Below the pieces are notes generated by a model, which searched no databases, was not told the origin of the DNA, and saw nothing but the letters and a program-made list of their open reading frames with translations. Below, one piece after another: positions 34,431 to 43,847 of a stretch of 64,000 nt of DNA; position 1 is the first letter of the stretch, and the number at the start of each line of letters is the position of its first letter. The DNA is from Escherichia coli (GTDB lineage Bacteria > Pseudomonadota > Gammaproteobacteria > Enterobacterales > Enterobacteriaceae). The position numbers and the translations under genes are program-made. Location: the NCBI RefSeq assembly GCF_003019035.1, contig NZ_CP027447.1; one strand, written 5' to 3'.

Positions 34431-34897
34431 GCTCTGCGCTGCCCGTTGGTGTACCTGTTCCATGGCCCTTAGAAACACCGCCAACGGGGTGGCTAAAATG
34501 TAACGGAGCAGCATTTTCTTCTGAAAAGTACCCCAAGCTGGCAAAAGCCTACCCCACCAATAAATTACCGGATTTACGGGGTGAATTTATTCGTGGCTGG
34601 GATGATGGGCGAGGAATTGATGCAGCACGCGCTTTATTGAGCATTCAAACCGGGATGTTGGAAAAACACCGCCATATTGTTGTAGCTAACGATGGATATG
34701 ACACAAAGGATGAATGGGAGTTGGCCACGATTTTCAAAAAAACATATACACAAGGCAGGGGGCTTGATGCCACAAATACAGGAGGGAGTTTGATTCCATC
34801 ACCAACGCTTCATTCACGAGGAAGTATTGGTAACACAGGTGGTAGTGAAACCCGCCCCCGCAATATTGCATTTAACTATATCGTGAGGGCGGCTTAG
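34419..34897 (+). pseudogene. Promoterless tail-fiber C-terminal cassette Sv2 (out of phase with its crossover site)
   Basis: Encodes (G)EGSALPVGVPVPWPLETPPTGWLKCNGAAF...ETRPRNIAFNYIVRAA in frame 34427. The missing G in the site-proximal run would shift it out of frame after fusion to H. Confidence 0.6.
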
Positions 34898-34903
34898 TTA
34901 TAT

Positions 34904-35515
34904 TCAACTGGCTGCTGCCAGTGGTATTTCCGGCCAGTTGATATCTGATGCCATGTTTATATCCATTGCGTTCAGTGCGTCTATATAATCCAGCACGGCG
35001 TTAAGCCGGGTGGTTTCTGCCTGCGTCAACTTCCGCCCGGCCCGCAACTTCAACTGAATCAGACTAATGGAAGCCATTGCAGTATCAATCAGCGACTGGC
35101 GCTGTGTTTCTGCCGCTTCTACTGCGGCGCTATGCTGTGCCTCGGTATCCGTCACCCATTTTTCACCATCCCATTTATCGTATGGTGTTAACGGGGCGAT
35201 AGTGGTTGTATTTTTCGGGTAGTCACCCAGCGTCGTGATTTCTTCGGTGTTTCCCGTATCAGTGCTATAGACGGTTTCACCACGATGATCTGGCGTATAC
35301 TCCCATGAATTTAAATTCTCCGAACGGCGGATAGCATAGCCCGCTTTATGTGCGCCCGGGGCATCTAAACAGGAATTTGCCGGAATACCGACACCCGCAG
35401 CAAGATATTCAGTTGATTCGGAAATATATTCCCGTGTCTCACCATCATAGTTATAAACGACGATGTTTCCTGCCTGTACGGCAATAAGGTCATCATTTAA
35501 TATCGCGTTATTCAT
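34904..35515 (-). CDS. Tail fiber assembly chaperone (gpG/Tfa family)
   Basis: 203 aa. The C-terminal coiled region with RLNAVLDYIDAL...WPEIP is typical of Tfa proteins. Its start overlaps the stop of cassette Sv3 (TAATG). Confidence 0.85.
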   Translation of the reverse strand: MNNAILNDDLIAVQAGNIVVYNYDGETREYISESTEYLAAGVGIPANSCLDAPGAHKAGYAIRRSENLNSWEYTPDHRGETVYSTDTGNTEEITTLGDYPKNTTTIAPLTPYDKWDGEKWVTDTEAQHSAAVEAAETQRQSLIDTAMASISLIQLKLRAGRKLTQAETTRLNAVLDYIDALNAMDINMASDINWPEIPLAAAS

Positions 35516-35976
35516 TATGCGGTTCTCACAATATAATTGAAGGCAATATTGCGTGGGCGGGTTTCATTCCCCTCTGAGGATTCCGTTCTGTATTGACTGG
35601 TAAATCTACCGTTAATTGCACCTTGCCGGACGGCGTTATCTGTCGACAACAGACTATCCCCTCCTTTGTCATTTGGCACCAGTACCGTGTTATCCCACGC
35701 ATCCCATGACCGAATATTATGATAATGACTTCCTGTTAACCACCCCTGCATGCTTAAGATGCCCCTTCCGGCATCCACCCCGCGCCCATCATCCCAGCCA
35801 CGAATAAATTCACCCCGTAAATCCGGTAATTTTAACGTTGGGTAAGCCTTTGCCAGTTTTGGATACTTTTCAGAAGAAAATGCTGCTCCGTTACATTTTA
35901 GCCACCCAGTTGGCGGCGTGGCTGAGGGCCATGGAACGGGCACACCAACGGGCAGCGCAGAGCCTTCCCCCAAACC
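35515..35976 (-). other. Promoterless tail-fiber C-terminal cassette Sv3 (coupled to tfa)
   Basis: GLGEGSALPVGVPVPWPSATPPTGWLKCNGAAF...ETRPRNIAFNYIVRTA. No start codon of its own; abuts crossover site 3. Confidence 0.8.
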
Positions 35977-35990
35977 AACGTTTTCATGCT
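35965..35990 (-). repeat. Invertase crossover site 3
   Basis: Plus strand ttcccccaaaccAAcgttttcatg. Inverted relative to sites 1-2. Confidence 0.7.
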
Positions 35991-36454
35991 GCCCTTACGA
36001 TGTAATTAAACGCAATGTTATGGGGGCGTGTTTCAGATGCTGTGCGAACTGAGCGAGAGGCGTCGAATGTCCATACAGAAGCACCATATCCTTCAATGAT
36101 CTCAGTTGGTTGTAAGCCTACTGATAATATAGAGTCAGTTTGACTAAATGGTCCTGAATTAAACGCATCTTTAAAAAGCTGAGTACGCCCAAAAGTGCCA
36201 ACTATATTCTGAATAGCGTCAGACTGTGCAGACAGTAGGTTGCGCCCATTATCAACGCCCCGTCCGTCATCCCAGCCGCGAATAAATTCGCCCCGTAAAT
36301 CCGGTAATTTATTGGTGGAGTAGGCCTTTGCCAGATTGGGGTACATTTCAGAAGAAAATGCTGCGCCGTTACATTTCAGCCACCCCGTTGGCGGCGTGGC
36401 TGAGGGCCATGGAACGGGCACACCAACGGGCAGCGCAGAGCCTTCCCCCAAACC
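35984..36454 (-). other. Promoterless tail-fiber C-terminal cassette Sv4
   Basis: Same conserved N-terminal roughly 70 aa and C-terminal RPHNIAFNYIVRAA, with a unique middle. Confidence 0.8.
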
Positions 36455-36468
36455 AACGTTTTTATGCC
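36443..36468 (-). repeat. Invertase crossover site 4
   Basis: ttcccccaaaccAAcgtttttatg. Confidence 0.7.
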
Positions 36469-36893
36469 GCCCTTACGATGTAATTAAATGCGATATTTCG
36501 CGGCCTGACAGCAACAAAATTTATACCATCACCTACAGAGTTACTGGTGAAATTAAATCGTGAAAATCCTGGCTGATTTCCGACGATGCCATCATGAAAA
36601 TTAATTGCGTGCCCCGCACCATCACCTATATTTCCGGCACGCTGAGAAAAATTTGTAGCCTCTTGGCTGCTTAATAATGCTCGCCCATTGTCCACACCTC
36701 GTCCATCATCCCAACCTCGAATAAATTCGCCCCGTAGATCCGGCAATTTATTGGTGGGGTAAACCTTTGCCAGATTTGGGTACTTTTCAGAAGAAAATGC
36801 TGCTCCGTTACATTTCAGCCACCCCGTTGGCGGTGTGGCTGAGGGCCATGGAACAGGTACACCAACGGGCAGCGCAGAGCCTTCCCCCAAACC
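36462..36893 (-). other. Promoterless tail-fiber C-terminal cassette Sv5
   Basis: Conserved ends. The middle is related to Sv1 (QPGFSRFNFTSNSVGDGINFVAVRPRN). Confidence 0.8.
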
Positions 36894-36907
36894 AACGTTT
36901 TCATGCG
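36882..36907 (-). repeat. Invertase crossover site 5
   Basis: ttcccccaaaccAAcgttttcatg. Confidence 0.7.
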
Positions 36908-37410
36908 GCTCTTACGATGTAATTAAACGCAATGTTACGAGGACGGTTTTCGTTTGCAGTTGGAACAATTCTTGAAGCATCAAGGCCAATCACTTTTGGG
37001 TAAACAGCGCCATCTGTTCTTTCTGTCACCATACTTCTGACTAAGGAGAAATAACTATTGTTCGTTGAGGGGCTCAAAGGCACTACTGCCCCCTTAAACG
37101 AACCTACTGATTCCCATATTGAATAATTTTCGGTGTTTACAGTCTTGAACTCACCATAGATATTACGTATGGCATCGCCCTGAGCGGATAATATTGCCCT
37201 CCCCGTATCCATACCACGTCCGTCATCCCAGCCACGAATAAATTCACCCCGTAAATCCGGTAATTTTAACGTTGGGTAAGCCTTTGCCAGTTTTGGATAC
37301 TTTTCAGAAGAAAATGCTGCTCCGTTACATTTTAGCCACCCAGTTGGCGGCGTGGCTGAGGGCCACGGAACGGGCACACCAACGGGCAGTGCAGAGCCTT
37401 CCCCCAAACC
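36901..37410 (-). other. Promoterless tail-fiber C-terminal cassette Sv6
   Basis: Conserved ends with a unique middle. The track ORF extends upstream only through non-cassette sequence. Confidence 0.8.
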
Positions 37411-37424
37411 AACGTTTTCGTTTT
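37399..37424 (-). repeat. Invertase crossover site 6
   Basis: ttcccccaaaccAAcgttttcgtt, 55 bp upstream of the invertase start. Confidence 0.7.
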
Positions 37425-37478
37425 TATCCCTACCTATACCAACTATGTATTTTTCACGAAACAAAGAGGATGTTTTTT

Positions 37479-38078
37479 ATGCAAATTGGCTATATTCGTG
37501 TGTCAACAAATGACCAGAACACGGATTTACAACGCAATGCACTGAACTGCGCAGGATGTGAACTGATTTTTGAAGATAAAATCAGCGGAACGAAATCAGC
37601 CAGACCGGGATTGAAAAAACTGCTCAGAACGCTATCAGAAGGAGATACGCTGGTTGTCTGGAAGCTGGACAGACTGGGCAGAAGTATGAAACACCTGATT
37701 ACGCTTATTGAGGAATTGCGGGAAAAAGGTGTTAATTTCCGTAGTCTGACGGACAGCATTGACACATCAACACCCATGGGGCGTTTCTTTTTTCACGTCA
37801 TGGGGGCTTTAGCCGAAATGGAACGTGAATTAATTGTAGAGCGTACACTGGCCGGACTGGCAGCAGCACGCGCACAAGGACGCATTGGCGGACGTCGCCC
37901 GAAGTTGACAAAAGAACAACACGAGCAAATAGCGAGGCTGATTAAAAACGGTCATGACAGGAAACAACTGGCGATCATTTACGACATCGGCATATCGACG
38001 ATTTATCGTTATCACCCTGTAGGCGATATACAGGCTGAAGAAACAACCAGGCAGACTCAGGAAAATGAAAACCGCTAA
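37479..38078 (+). CDS. Serine DNA invertase (Hin/Gin/Cin/Pin/Min family)
   Basis: MQIGYIRVSTNDQNTDLQRNAL... contains the catalytic Ser, followed by VWKLDRLGRS and a C-terminal HTH. The start is 8 nt after AGAGGA. Confidence 0.92.
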   Translation: MQIGYIRVSTNDQNTDLQRNALNCAGCELIFEDKISGTKSARPGLKKLLRTLSEGDTLVVWKLDRLGRSMKHLITLIEELREKGVNFRSLTDSIDTSTPMGRFFFHVMGALAEMERELIVERTLAGLAAARAQGRIGGRRPKLTKEQHEQIARLIKNGHDRKQLAIIYDIGISTIYRYHPVGDIQAEETTRQTQENENR

Positions 38079-38097
38079 TCTGACCATTAGCGGTTTT
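38068..38097. terminator. Bidirectional rho-independent terminator between the invertase gene and U
   Basis: AAAACCGCTAAT-ctgacc-ATTAGCGGTTTT, a 12-bp perfect stem with an A-run and a T-run. Confidence 0.8.
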
Positions 38098-38104
38098 GCG
38101 TTAA

Positions 38105-38599
38105 TCAAAACAGCCCTTTAACGGAGCTGGCCGCGCTGTTAAGGGATGATGTGACCTTATCTTTGAAGCCGGACAGCATATCACTGAACGATGAGGATTG
38201 CAGGCGCTCCCGCAAATCCTCATCACAGCGTTCAAGAGTCAGTGAAAATTCTATCTTTTTCGCCTTACCGTAGCGATCAAACTCGGAGCGGGTCGTATTC
38301 GTTTCAGTCAGTACATACATGCCGTAAATCTGCCCGACACCATCAATCAGAGGCCAGGGGCGTCCTGTATATGCCTGCGTGGTCAGCAGCGAAAGCGACA
38401 CTTCGCCACCTGTAATTTCAGGATAAAGCACGCCAGAAAGCACGATGCGATCATCACCTGCACCGATATACTGCCAGCTTGCTGAGCGGTTTACGCGCTC
38501 ATTTTTCACATGCCGCCAGCTTTTGTTTTGCTGTAACTGCTGATGCGGCAGTGTGCGCAGCTCAAAAACAAACATGCCGTAGATCATCATCATGACCAT
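38105..38599 (-). CDS. U: Tail protein (P2 gpU)
   Basis: FVFELRTLPHQQLQ...WRH...LSGVLYPEITGG parallels P2 U. Confidence 0.88.
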   Translation of the reverse strand: MVMMMIYGMFVFELRTLPHQQLQQNKSWRHVKNERVNRSASWQYIGAGDDRIVLSGVLYPEITGGEVSLSLLTTQAYTGRPWPLIDGVGQIYGMYVLTETNTTRSEFDRYGKAKKIEFSLTLERCDEDLRERLQSSSFSDMLSGFKDKVTSSLNSAASSVKGLF

Positions 38600-38605
38600 G
38601 ACTCC

Positions 38606-41422
38606 TCAATCTTTATCGTAAAAACTGCCACGTCCGGCACGGGCGCGCCGTTCCACCTCTGCCCTGACCATTTCACCGACCAGTTTCGCCAGTTCGCGGG
38701 GATTCTGCGTAACAACGTTATGCAGATGAACATGAATTTCACCGCCAAATCTGGAGACAGCAGGCTCCCGATTACGGGAAGCTGCAGGAACTGATGCCAC
38801 TGGCGATCGTATGGCCTCCGCCACCGGGCGGGAGCTGGCCGCAACAACAGGGACCAGCGCCGGAGGCAGCGGAGCCGGGACCACGGGTGTGATATTAATT
38901 GCGGGGGCAGGCTTACTGGCCTGCGCAATCTTCCGCTCCTGCCACTCCCCACGAACGGCAAGTGCGCGGGGCAGGTTCTTAAAGACAATATCACCGGGGC
39001 CAATGCGTTTTTTCGTCTCATCAACCAGCTTACCTGTGTTATCAGCAATTTTGCTGAGTCTGCGTAGCGTCCCGGTATTGCTGTCTGTGAGCGGTTTGTT
39101 GTCTTTGGGTTTATCACCTCCGGTGCCATTGCCATTTTCCACAGGCTTCGGCGGATTGATTTTCGCCAGGTCACCCTGAAGCAAGGCAACCTTGTCCTGA
39201 AGAATGGCCGCACGCTGTGCGTCTTCGATTTTCTTGCGCGCCCTTTCCGCTTCATCCGGAAGGACGCCAAGTTTTTCAAGTATCCACGCCAGCGTATCCA
39301 GTAGCATTTTTGCAGGTGTCAGAACAAGCTGTAACGCATCGCCAAGAACGTTACCGAATATCTCGCCAGCACTGGTGCATTTATCCAGCGTTTCCTTGCT
39401 GGACTCCATCGGTGACAGCAGCGATTTAAACCAGTTAAACACCTGGCTGATCCCGCTTCCGATTGCGTCAAAAACAGGACCAAACCGTTCAAAGGTTTCG
39501 CGCAACGGGGTCAGCCTTTCCATAATCCCGCTGAACACCCCGGCAAAAAATGCCCTGATGGGATCCCAGTATTTCCAGATAAGAACGGCAGCTCCGGCAA
39601 GCGCAGCCACGATAAGACCAACCGGACTGAACAGCGCCCCGATAGCGCCTCCCAGTAAAGAAACGGAACCCGTCACCATTCCCCACAGCGCAGGCAACAC
39701 CCTGACGACATTCATTGACCGGGTAAGAATGTCAAAACCAAGACGCAGGGTGGCCAGCTTCCCGTAAAGCACCCCAATAACCAGCGACAACGAGCCAATC
39801 GTTGCAGTCATTGCCAGCAACGCACCGCCTGCTATCAGTAGCTGGCGCGTCAGTACCGGATGGGCCTGCGCCAGCGAGGTGATTTTTTCAAGCACACGCG
39901 TGAGCCACTGCGTGACAGAACGCAGCGGACCGTCAACCAGATCACTGATGCGAATACGAAGACCTTCCCATGCGCTGTCGAGATTTTTCAGGTCCCCATC
40001 AAGATTATCGGCCATTACTTTTGCAACGCGATCGGCCTCTCCCCTTGCCCCCTGCAATTCTCTGGTCAGTTTTTGCAGCTCTCCTGAACCAGCCGCCGCA
40101 ACAAGCGTCTGCAAACCAACGAACGCCTCTTCTCCGGCGATGTCCTTGAAGAAGGAAACCTGGTCCACCTGTCCGTATTTTTGTGTCGCCTTATAGAGAT
40201 CAAGCAGCACATCCTCCATCGGGCGCATTTTGCCTCTGGCGTCAGCAACTGACACCCCCAGCTCTTTCAGTGCATCAGCCGCAGCTTTTGGCGGTGATGC
40301 AAGGCGGGACAGACTTGCGCGCATGGCCGTACCAGCATCGCTTCCGCGAAGACCATTATTGGCAAGCATCCCGGCCATGGCCGCCGCTTCTTCAAGACTG
40401 ATACCAAGTTTTGCGGCAACCGGACCGGTATACTTCATGGTTTCGCCCAGCGCGCGTAAATCAGTATTGGTCCGGGTGAATGCTGCTGTCAGCGTATCGC
40501 CAACACGGCCCATTTGATCGGCTGTCAGGTTGAACTGTGTGAGGATATTGGAGCCTATATCAGCCGTCTCGCCGAGTTCGACGCCACCTGCCAGCGCCAT
40601 ATTAAGAACACCGGGCAATGCGGCCTGAATGGCCTGCGGAGTAAAACCAGCCATTGCCAGAAAGCTCTGCCCACTGGCGGCATCACTCGCAGTAAACTGT
40701 GTTTCAGAGCCAAGTTTTAACGCCTGCTCACGCAGCGCCTTAAACTGCGGGCTGTTTTTGTCGATTCGCGTCAGTGCCTGAACGCGGGACATCTCTTTGC
40801 CGAACCCGATCGCAGGCTGCAAAAAACGCCCGGCAGCATAGCCGCCCGCCGCTGCCGCACCAATTGCCAGCGCACCACCCGTTTTCAGTTTTCCCGCTGT
40901 TTCCTGCGCGCGCGAATACCGCTCACGCGCCCGTGTTACACGCGCAAGCGCCTGCCGTTCGCGTTCAAGCTGGTTGTTGTACTGTTCGGTGCGTCTGATG
41001 GCCTGCTGGATGGTGTTATCGCTGCCTGTCAGGGAAATGCCGTGGCGTTTCAGCTCTCCGCCAAGCTCCCGCATTTTCTGAATTTCCCGTGTGCGCGATT
41101 CATTCAGGCGTTCAAGCCGGGTGCTTAACTGCTGCATCAGCTTTTGTTGTTTTTCGCTGAGCACTGTACCCGTGCGTTGTAACTGATTAAGGGCGTTAAG
41201 CTGGCGTCGTGCTTTCACGATGCCCGCATCCGCTTTACTGACAGCGTCACGGGCGCGCTCAAATGATCGCGCCTGACGCTCGAGATTTTTGATCGCCCCC
41301 TGCGTTCGCTGGATGGAGTCACCAAACTGCCCCATCAGGCGGCGGGCGTTTTCGGCAGGCCGGGTCAGCCTGTCAACGGCGCTGAAAGCGACCCGGATAT
41401 CAAGAGTCTTCATTGTCTGCAT
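38606..41422 (-). CDS. T: Tail tape measure protein (P2 gpT)
   Basis: More than 900 aa, helical with Gly/Ala-rich TM-like segments. The start is uncertain (41449, 41422 or 41413). Confidence 0.88.
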   Translation of the reverse strand: MQTMKTLDIRVAFSAVDRLTRPAENARRLMGQFGDSIQRTQGAIKNLERQARSFERARDAVSKADAGIVKARRQLNALNQLQRTGTVLSEKQQKLMQQLSTRLERLNESRTREIQKMRELGGELKRHGISLTGSDNTIQQAIRRTEQYNNQLERERQALARVTRARERYSRAQETAGKLKTGGALAIGAAAAGGYAAGRFLQPAIGFGKEMSRVQALTRIDKNSPQFKALREQALKLGSETQFTASDAASGQSFLAMAGFTPQAIQAALPGVLNMALAGGVELGETADIGSNILTQFNLTADQMGRVGDTLTAAFTRTNTDLRALGETMKYTGPVAAKLGISLEEAAAMAGMLANNGLRGSDAGTAMRASLSRLASPPKAAADALKELGVSVADARGKMRPMEDVLLDLYKATQKYGQVDQVSFFKDIAGEEAFVGLQTLVAAAGSGELQKLTRELQGARGEADRVAKVMADNLDGDLKNLDSAWEGLRIRISDLVDGPLRSVTQWLTRVLEKITSLAQAHPVLTRQLLIAGGALLAMTATIGSLSLVIGVLYGKLATLRLGFDILTRSMNVVRVLPALWGMVTGSVSLLGGAIGALFSPVGLIVAALAGAAVLIWKYWDPIRAFFAGVFSGIMERLTPLRETFERFGPVFDAIGSGISQVFNWFKSLLSPMESSKETLDKCTSAGEIFGNVLGDALQLVLTPAKMLLDTLAWILEKLGVLPDEAERARKKIEDAQRAAILQDKVALLQGDLAKINPPKPVENGNGTGGDKPKDNKPLTDSNTGTLRRLSKIADNTGKLVDETKKRIGPGDIVFKNLPRALAVRGEWQERKIAQASKPAPAINITPVVPAPLPPALVPVVAASSRPVAEAIRSPVASVPAASRNREPAVSRFGGEIHVHLHNVVTQNPRELAKLVGEMVRAEVERRARAGRGSFYDKD

Positions 41423-41938
41423 TCCCGCTGCGAAGTGCCGCCCGCTCACGCCAGCTAACCACTTCGCCGGGCGTCATCATGAAGATTTCGGCGGGCGACC
41501 AGTTAAAAATGGCGGCAATATCCGCCACCAGATCTTCGATGTGCTCAAAGCACACCAGGGTGATTACGCTGCCGTCTCCTGCACGCTCTTCGCGCCAGAG
41601 TCTGGCTCGCTCATAAAATTTACAGCCACAGCGCACAACTGAATAAAATCGCGTGACGACATTTTTTTAATCATCACTTCATCCAGTCGTGGCGAGGTCA
41701 CGCGAGGCAACAGCGTGAACATGGTATCCGCTTTCAGATTCAGCACATCAGACAGCGACAGACCACGCAGGGATCCAGCCTGCTCAATAGCCCCGGTGAT
41801 CTCCACATACGTGATTTTTTCGCCACCACGCTCAATTGGTCGGGTCAGTTTTACGCCACGTTCGACAGCCATATCCTCACCTGCCGTCACATCATCCGCC
41901 ACGGTGTTATTCCGGGTTTCAGTATCGATGTCTTTCAT
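41400..41938 (-). CDS. Tail assembly chaperone frameshift product (gpE+E')
   Basis: A -1 shift at the A7 run joins E to the overlapping ORF (...RCGCKFYERARLW...WSPAEIFMMTPGE...) that ends at 41400. This is the conserved arrangement in P2-like and lambda-like tails. Confidence 0.7.
41564..41938 (-). CDS. E: Tail assembly chaperone (P2 gpE)
   Basis: 124-aa ORF between FII and T, containing the slippery run. Confidence 0.8.
   Translation of the reverse strand: MKDIDTETRNNTVADDVTAGEDMAVERGVKLTRPIERGGEKITYVEITGAIEQAGSLRGLSLSDVLNLKADTMFTLLPRVTSPRLDEVMIKKMSSRDFIQLCAVAVNFMSEPDSGAKSVQETAA
41662..41668 (-). other. Programmed -1 ribosomal frameshift slippery heptamer (A AAA AAA)
   Basis: T7 on the plus strand is A7 in the E mRNA, located where the E and E' frames overlap. 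Confidence 0.65.
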
Positions 41939-41993
41939 CAGTTGTCTCCTTTTCAGTCAGAGGCGACGCACTGCGCCGCCTGCATATTACTTA

Positions 41994-42506
41994 TCAGCCA
42001 AGCCCAAGCGCGGAACGGATACGGTCAGGCACAATGTCCTTGCCGTCCTTCCGGTAGATGTGGTTCAACAGGTCGATTTCCCACAGCGGGCGATCGTTAA
42101 CGCTCAGCTTGTAGTAGGTGTTTTTGACAGCGTAAGTGTGTGATGTGGCTTCGCCCTGTTTGGCTTCCCCCATATCAATTTCCGTCACACGCCCGCGCAT
42201 CTCGATTTCATACAGATCGCTTTCTGCATCGGTGTAGTATTCACCCGCAAAACGCAGCAGCGTGCCGTCAATCGTGCCGCCATATTTAAGGAACAGCGCA
42301 CGAACAGCTCCCCCCATGACAAAACTCGCATCAAGCGCGGAGTCGTCCAGACCGAGATCAATACTTACCGCCCCCATCATGCCACCACCACGATAGCTGT
42401 CGGTTTTGCGCGTCAGTTTGGGCGGCGTGACGGATGTCACTTTGCCCACTTCGTTTTCACCATCCACAAACAACGTAAAAAAGCGAAGATGTTTTGGTAC
42501 AGCCAT
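41994..42506 (-). CDS. FII: Tail tube protein (P2 gpFII)
   Basis: 170 aa immediately downstream of the sheath gene. Confidence 0.88.
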   Translation of the reverse strand: MAVPKHLRFFTLFVDGENEVGKVTSVTPPKLTRKTDSYRGGGMMGAVSIDLGLDDSALDASFVMGGAVRALFLKYGGTIDGTLLRFAGEYYTDAESDLYEIEMRGRVTEIDMGEAKQGEATSHTYAVKNTYYKLSVNDRPLWEIDLLNHIYRKDGKDIVPDRIRSALGLG

Positions 42507-43690
42507 CAGGCACCTCCCAGCACCGCAAATGCGGGACCAAAGAATTCATCAGTAAACGTCTGGTAAAGCTCCATGTCTTCCAGTGGCGGAACGGGCGTAT
42601 ATTTGTAGCGAATACGCACACGTCCCTGACGTAAATTCGTGGTGCCGTTATCCACCACGTCATACCAGCACTCCGCACCAATCAGTTTCCCGGCAGTAAC
42701 CAGCGAATCCAGTTTTGCCCTGATGGCACTGATAACATCCTTCACGTTCGCAGGCGTCAGTGGACTGTCGATGGTTTCAAACTGCGCTTCCGCAATTGAA
42801 TCAGCCAGCACCTGTGCGGTTCGGGTATACACCTCAAAGATGTAGGCGTTCGTTTCCGGTGTGCGGTTGCCCCAGAAGCGGAACCCGTTGCGACGAATAA
42901 TGGTCGTGATTTCTTTGTTGTTGAGGCTGTTGGCATCGCTGTCTTCGGCCTGCAACGACCAGAACACATGCCTGGACATTCCCAGCACATTTTTAACCGG
43001 AACGTTGGACAGCGATTTGTGCCAGCCCTGCTCATGGTCAATGTACGCACGAAGACCGCACGCATAAGCAGGCGCGGGGAACGTTTCGTTTTTGCCACTT
43101 TTCGGGTTGTAGGCGATGAAGTCAGGCCATAAGAGCATCACCTCACGTTCGTTGAATTTCTGGCGGTAGGTAATCGCCTCAGCCATCGTGTTACAGCCGT
43201 GACATGAGGCATACACAAACGCGCGCAGTTTACCCGCAATCACGCACAGGGATTTTGTTACCGCCTCCGTGTCCAGCTCCGGCGCGGCCAGAATACGCGG
43301 ACGGTATCCGATGCTTTCATCCTGCTCTGCAACAAGCAGCGCATACATCCCCGTATAGCTGCCGTCAGATTCAGAACCACCGATAACCAGTTGATCCTGC
43401 GTTTTTCCGTCTTCTTCTTTGTGTTCAGCCACGCGAACGACGATCACCTTTGTGCTCACCTGGTCTGCGATGGCCTTAAGCGCACGATAAAGCGTCCCCG
43501 TTGTTCCGCATTTTCCCAGCACGTCATTGACGCGGGTCAGCAGTGTGGGCTTGTTCAGCGGGAACAGCTTCGCGTCCGCATCATCCGCCGTTGCCACGAT
43601 ACCGATAACGCTGGAATCAACATCGTTAATCGCTGTTACCAGGTCGGTATTTTCCGTAACACGGGCACCATGAAAACGAGTTTCACTCAT
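42506..43690 (-). CDS. FI: Contractile tail sheath protein (P2 gpFI)
   Basis: 394 aa in the expected gene order, sheath family. Confidence 0.9.
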   Translation of the reverse strand: MSETRFHGARVTENTDLVTAINDVDSSVIGIVATADDADAKLFPLNKPTLLTRVNDVLGKCGTTGTLYRALKAIADQVSTKVIVVRVAEHKEEDGKTQDQLVIGGSESDGSYTGMYALLVAEQDESIGYRPRILAAPELDTEAVTKSLCVIAGKLRAFVYASCHGCNTMAEAITYRQKFNEREVMLLWPDFIAYNPKSGKNETFPAPAYACGLRAYIDHEQGWHKSLSNVPVKNVLGMSRHVFWSLQAEDSDANSLNNKEITTIIRRNGFRFWGNRTPETNAYIFEVYTRTAQVLADSIAEAQFETIDSPLTPANVKDVISAIRAKLDSLVTAGKLIGAECWYDVVDNGTTNLRQGRVRIRYKYTPVPPLEDMELYQTFTDEFFGPAFAVLGGA

Positions 43691-43847
43691 AGCTTCAGCC
43701 CCTTGTATCCGTTAAATGATTCGGCAACAATCATCACCCACCACGCGCGTAATCTCACCCCTGCGCCGTTCTCCCGACCCGGCGACAACAAAAAGCAGTA
43801 ACCCCCTCCGCACGCACATGCGACCATGCCGCACAGGGAGGGAACAG

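Noticed and set aside
33968-37424. Regularly spaced repeats suggested a CRISPR-like or tandem-repeat array.
   Set aside because: The units are 430-510 bp and protein-coding (tail-fiber C-termini). They are separated by invertase crossover sites, not by 25-40-bp repeats and spacers.
38092-38112. GGTTTTGCGTTAATCAAAACAG resembles hix/gix half-sites. It could have been a seventh crossover site explaining the inverted FI-U block.
   Set aside because: It lacks the CCCCCAAACC half-site shared by the six bona fide sites, and no partner site exists near 43691-43847.
38590-39279. 229-aa ORF overlapping the 3' part of the tape-measure gene on the same strand.
   Set aside because: It is an alternative frame of gpT, Arg/Ser/Pro-rich, with no independent start signals.
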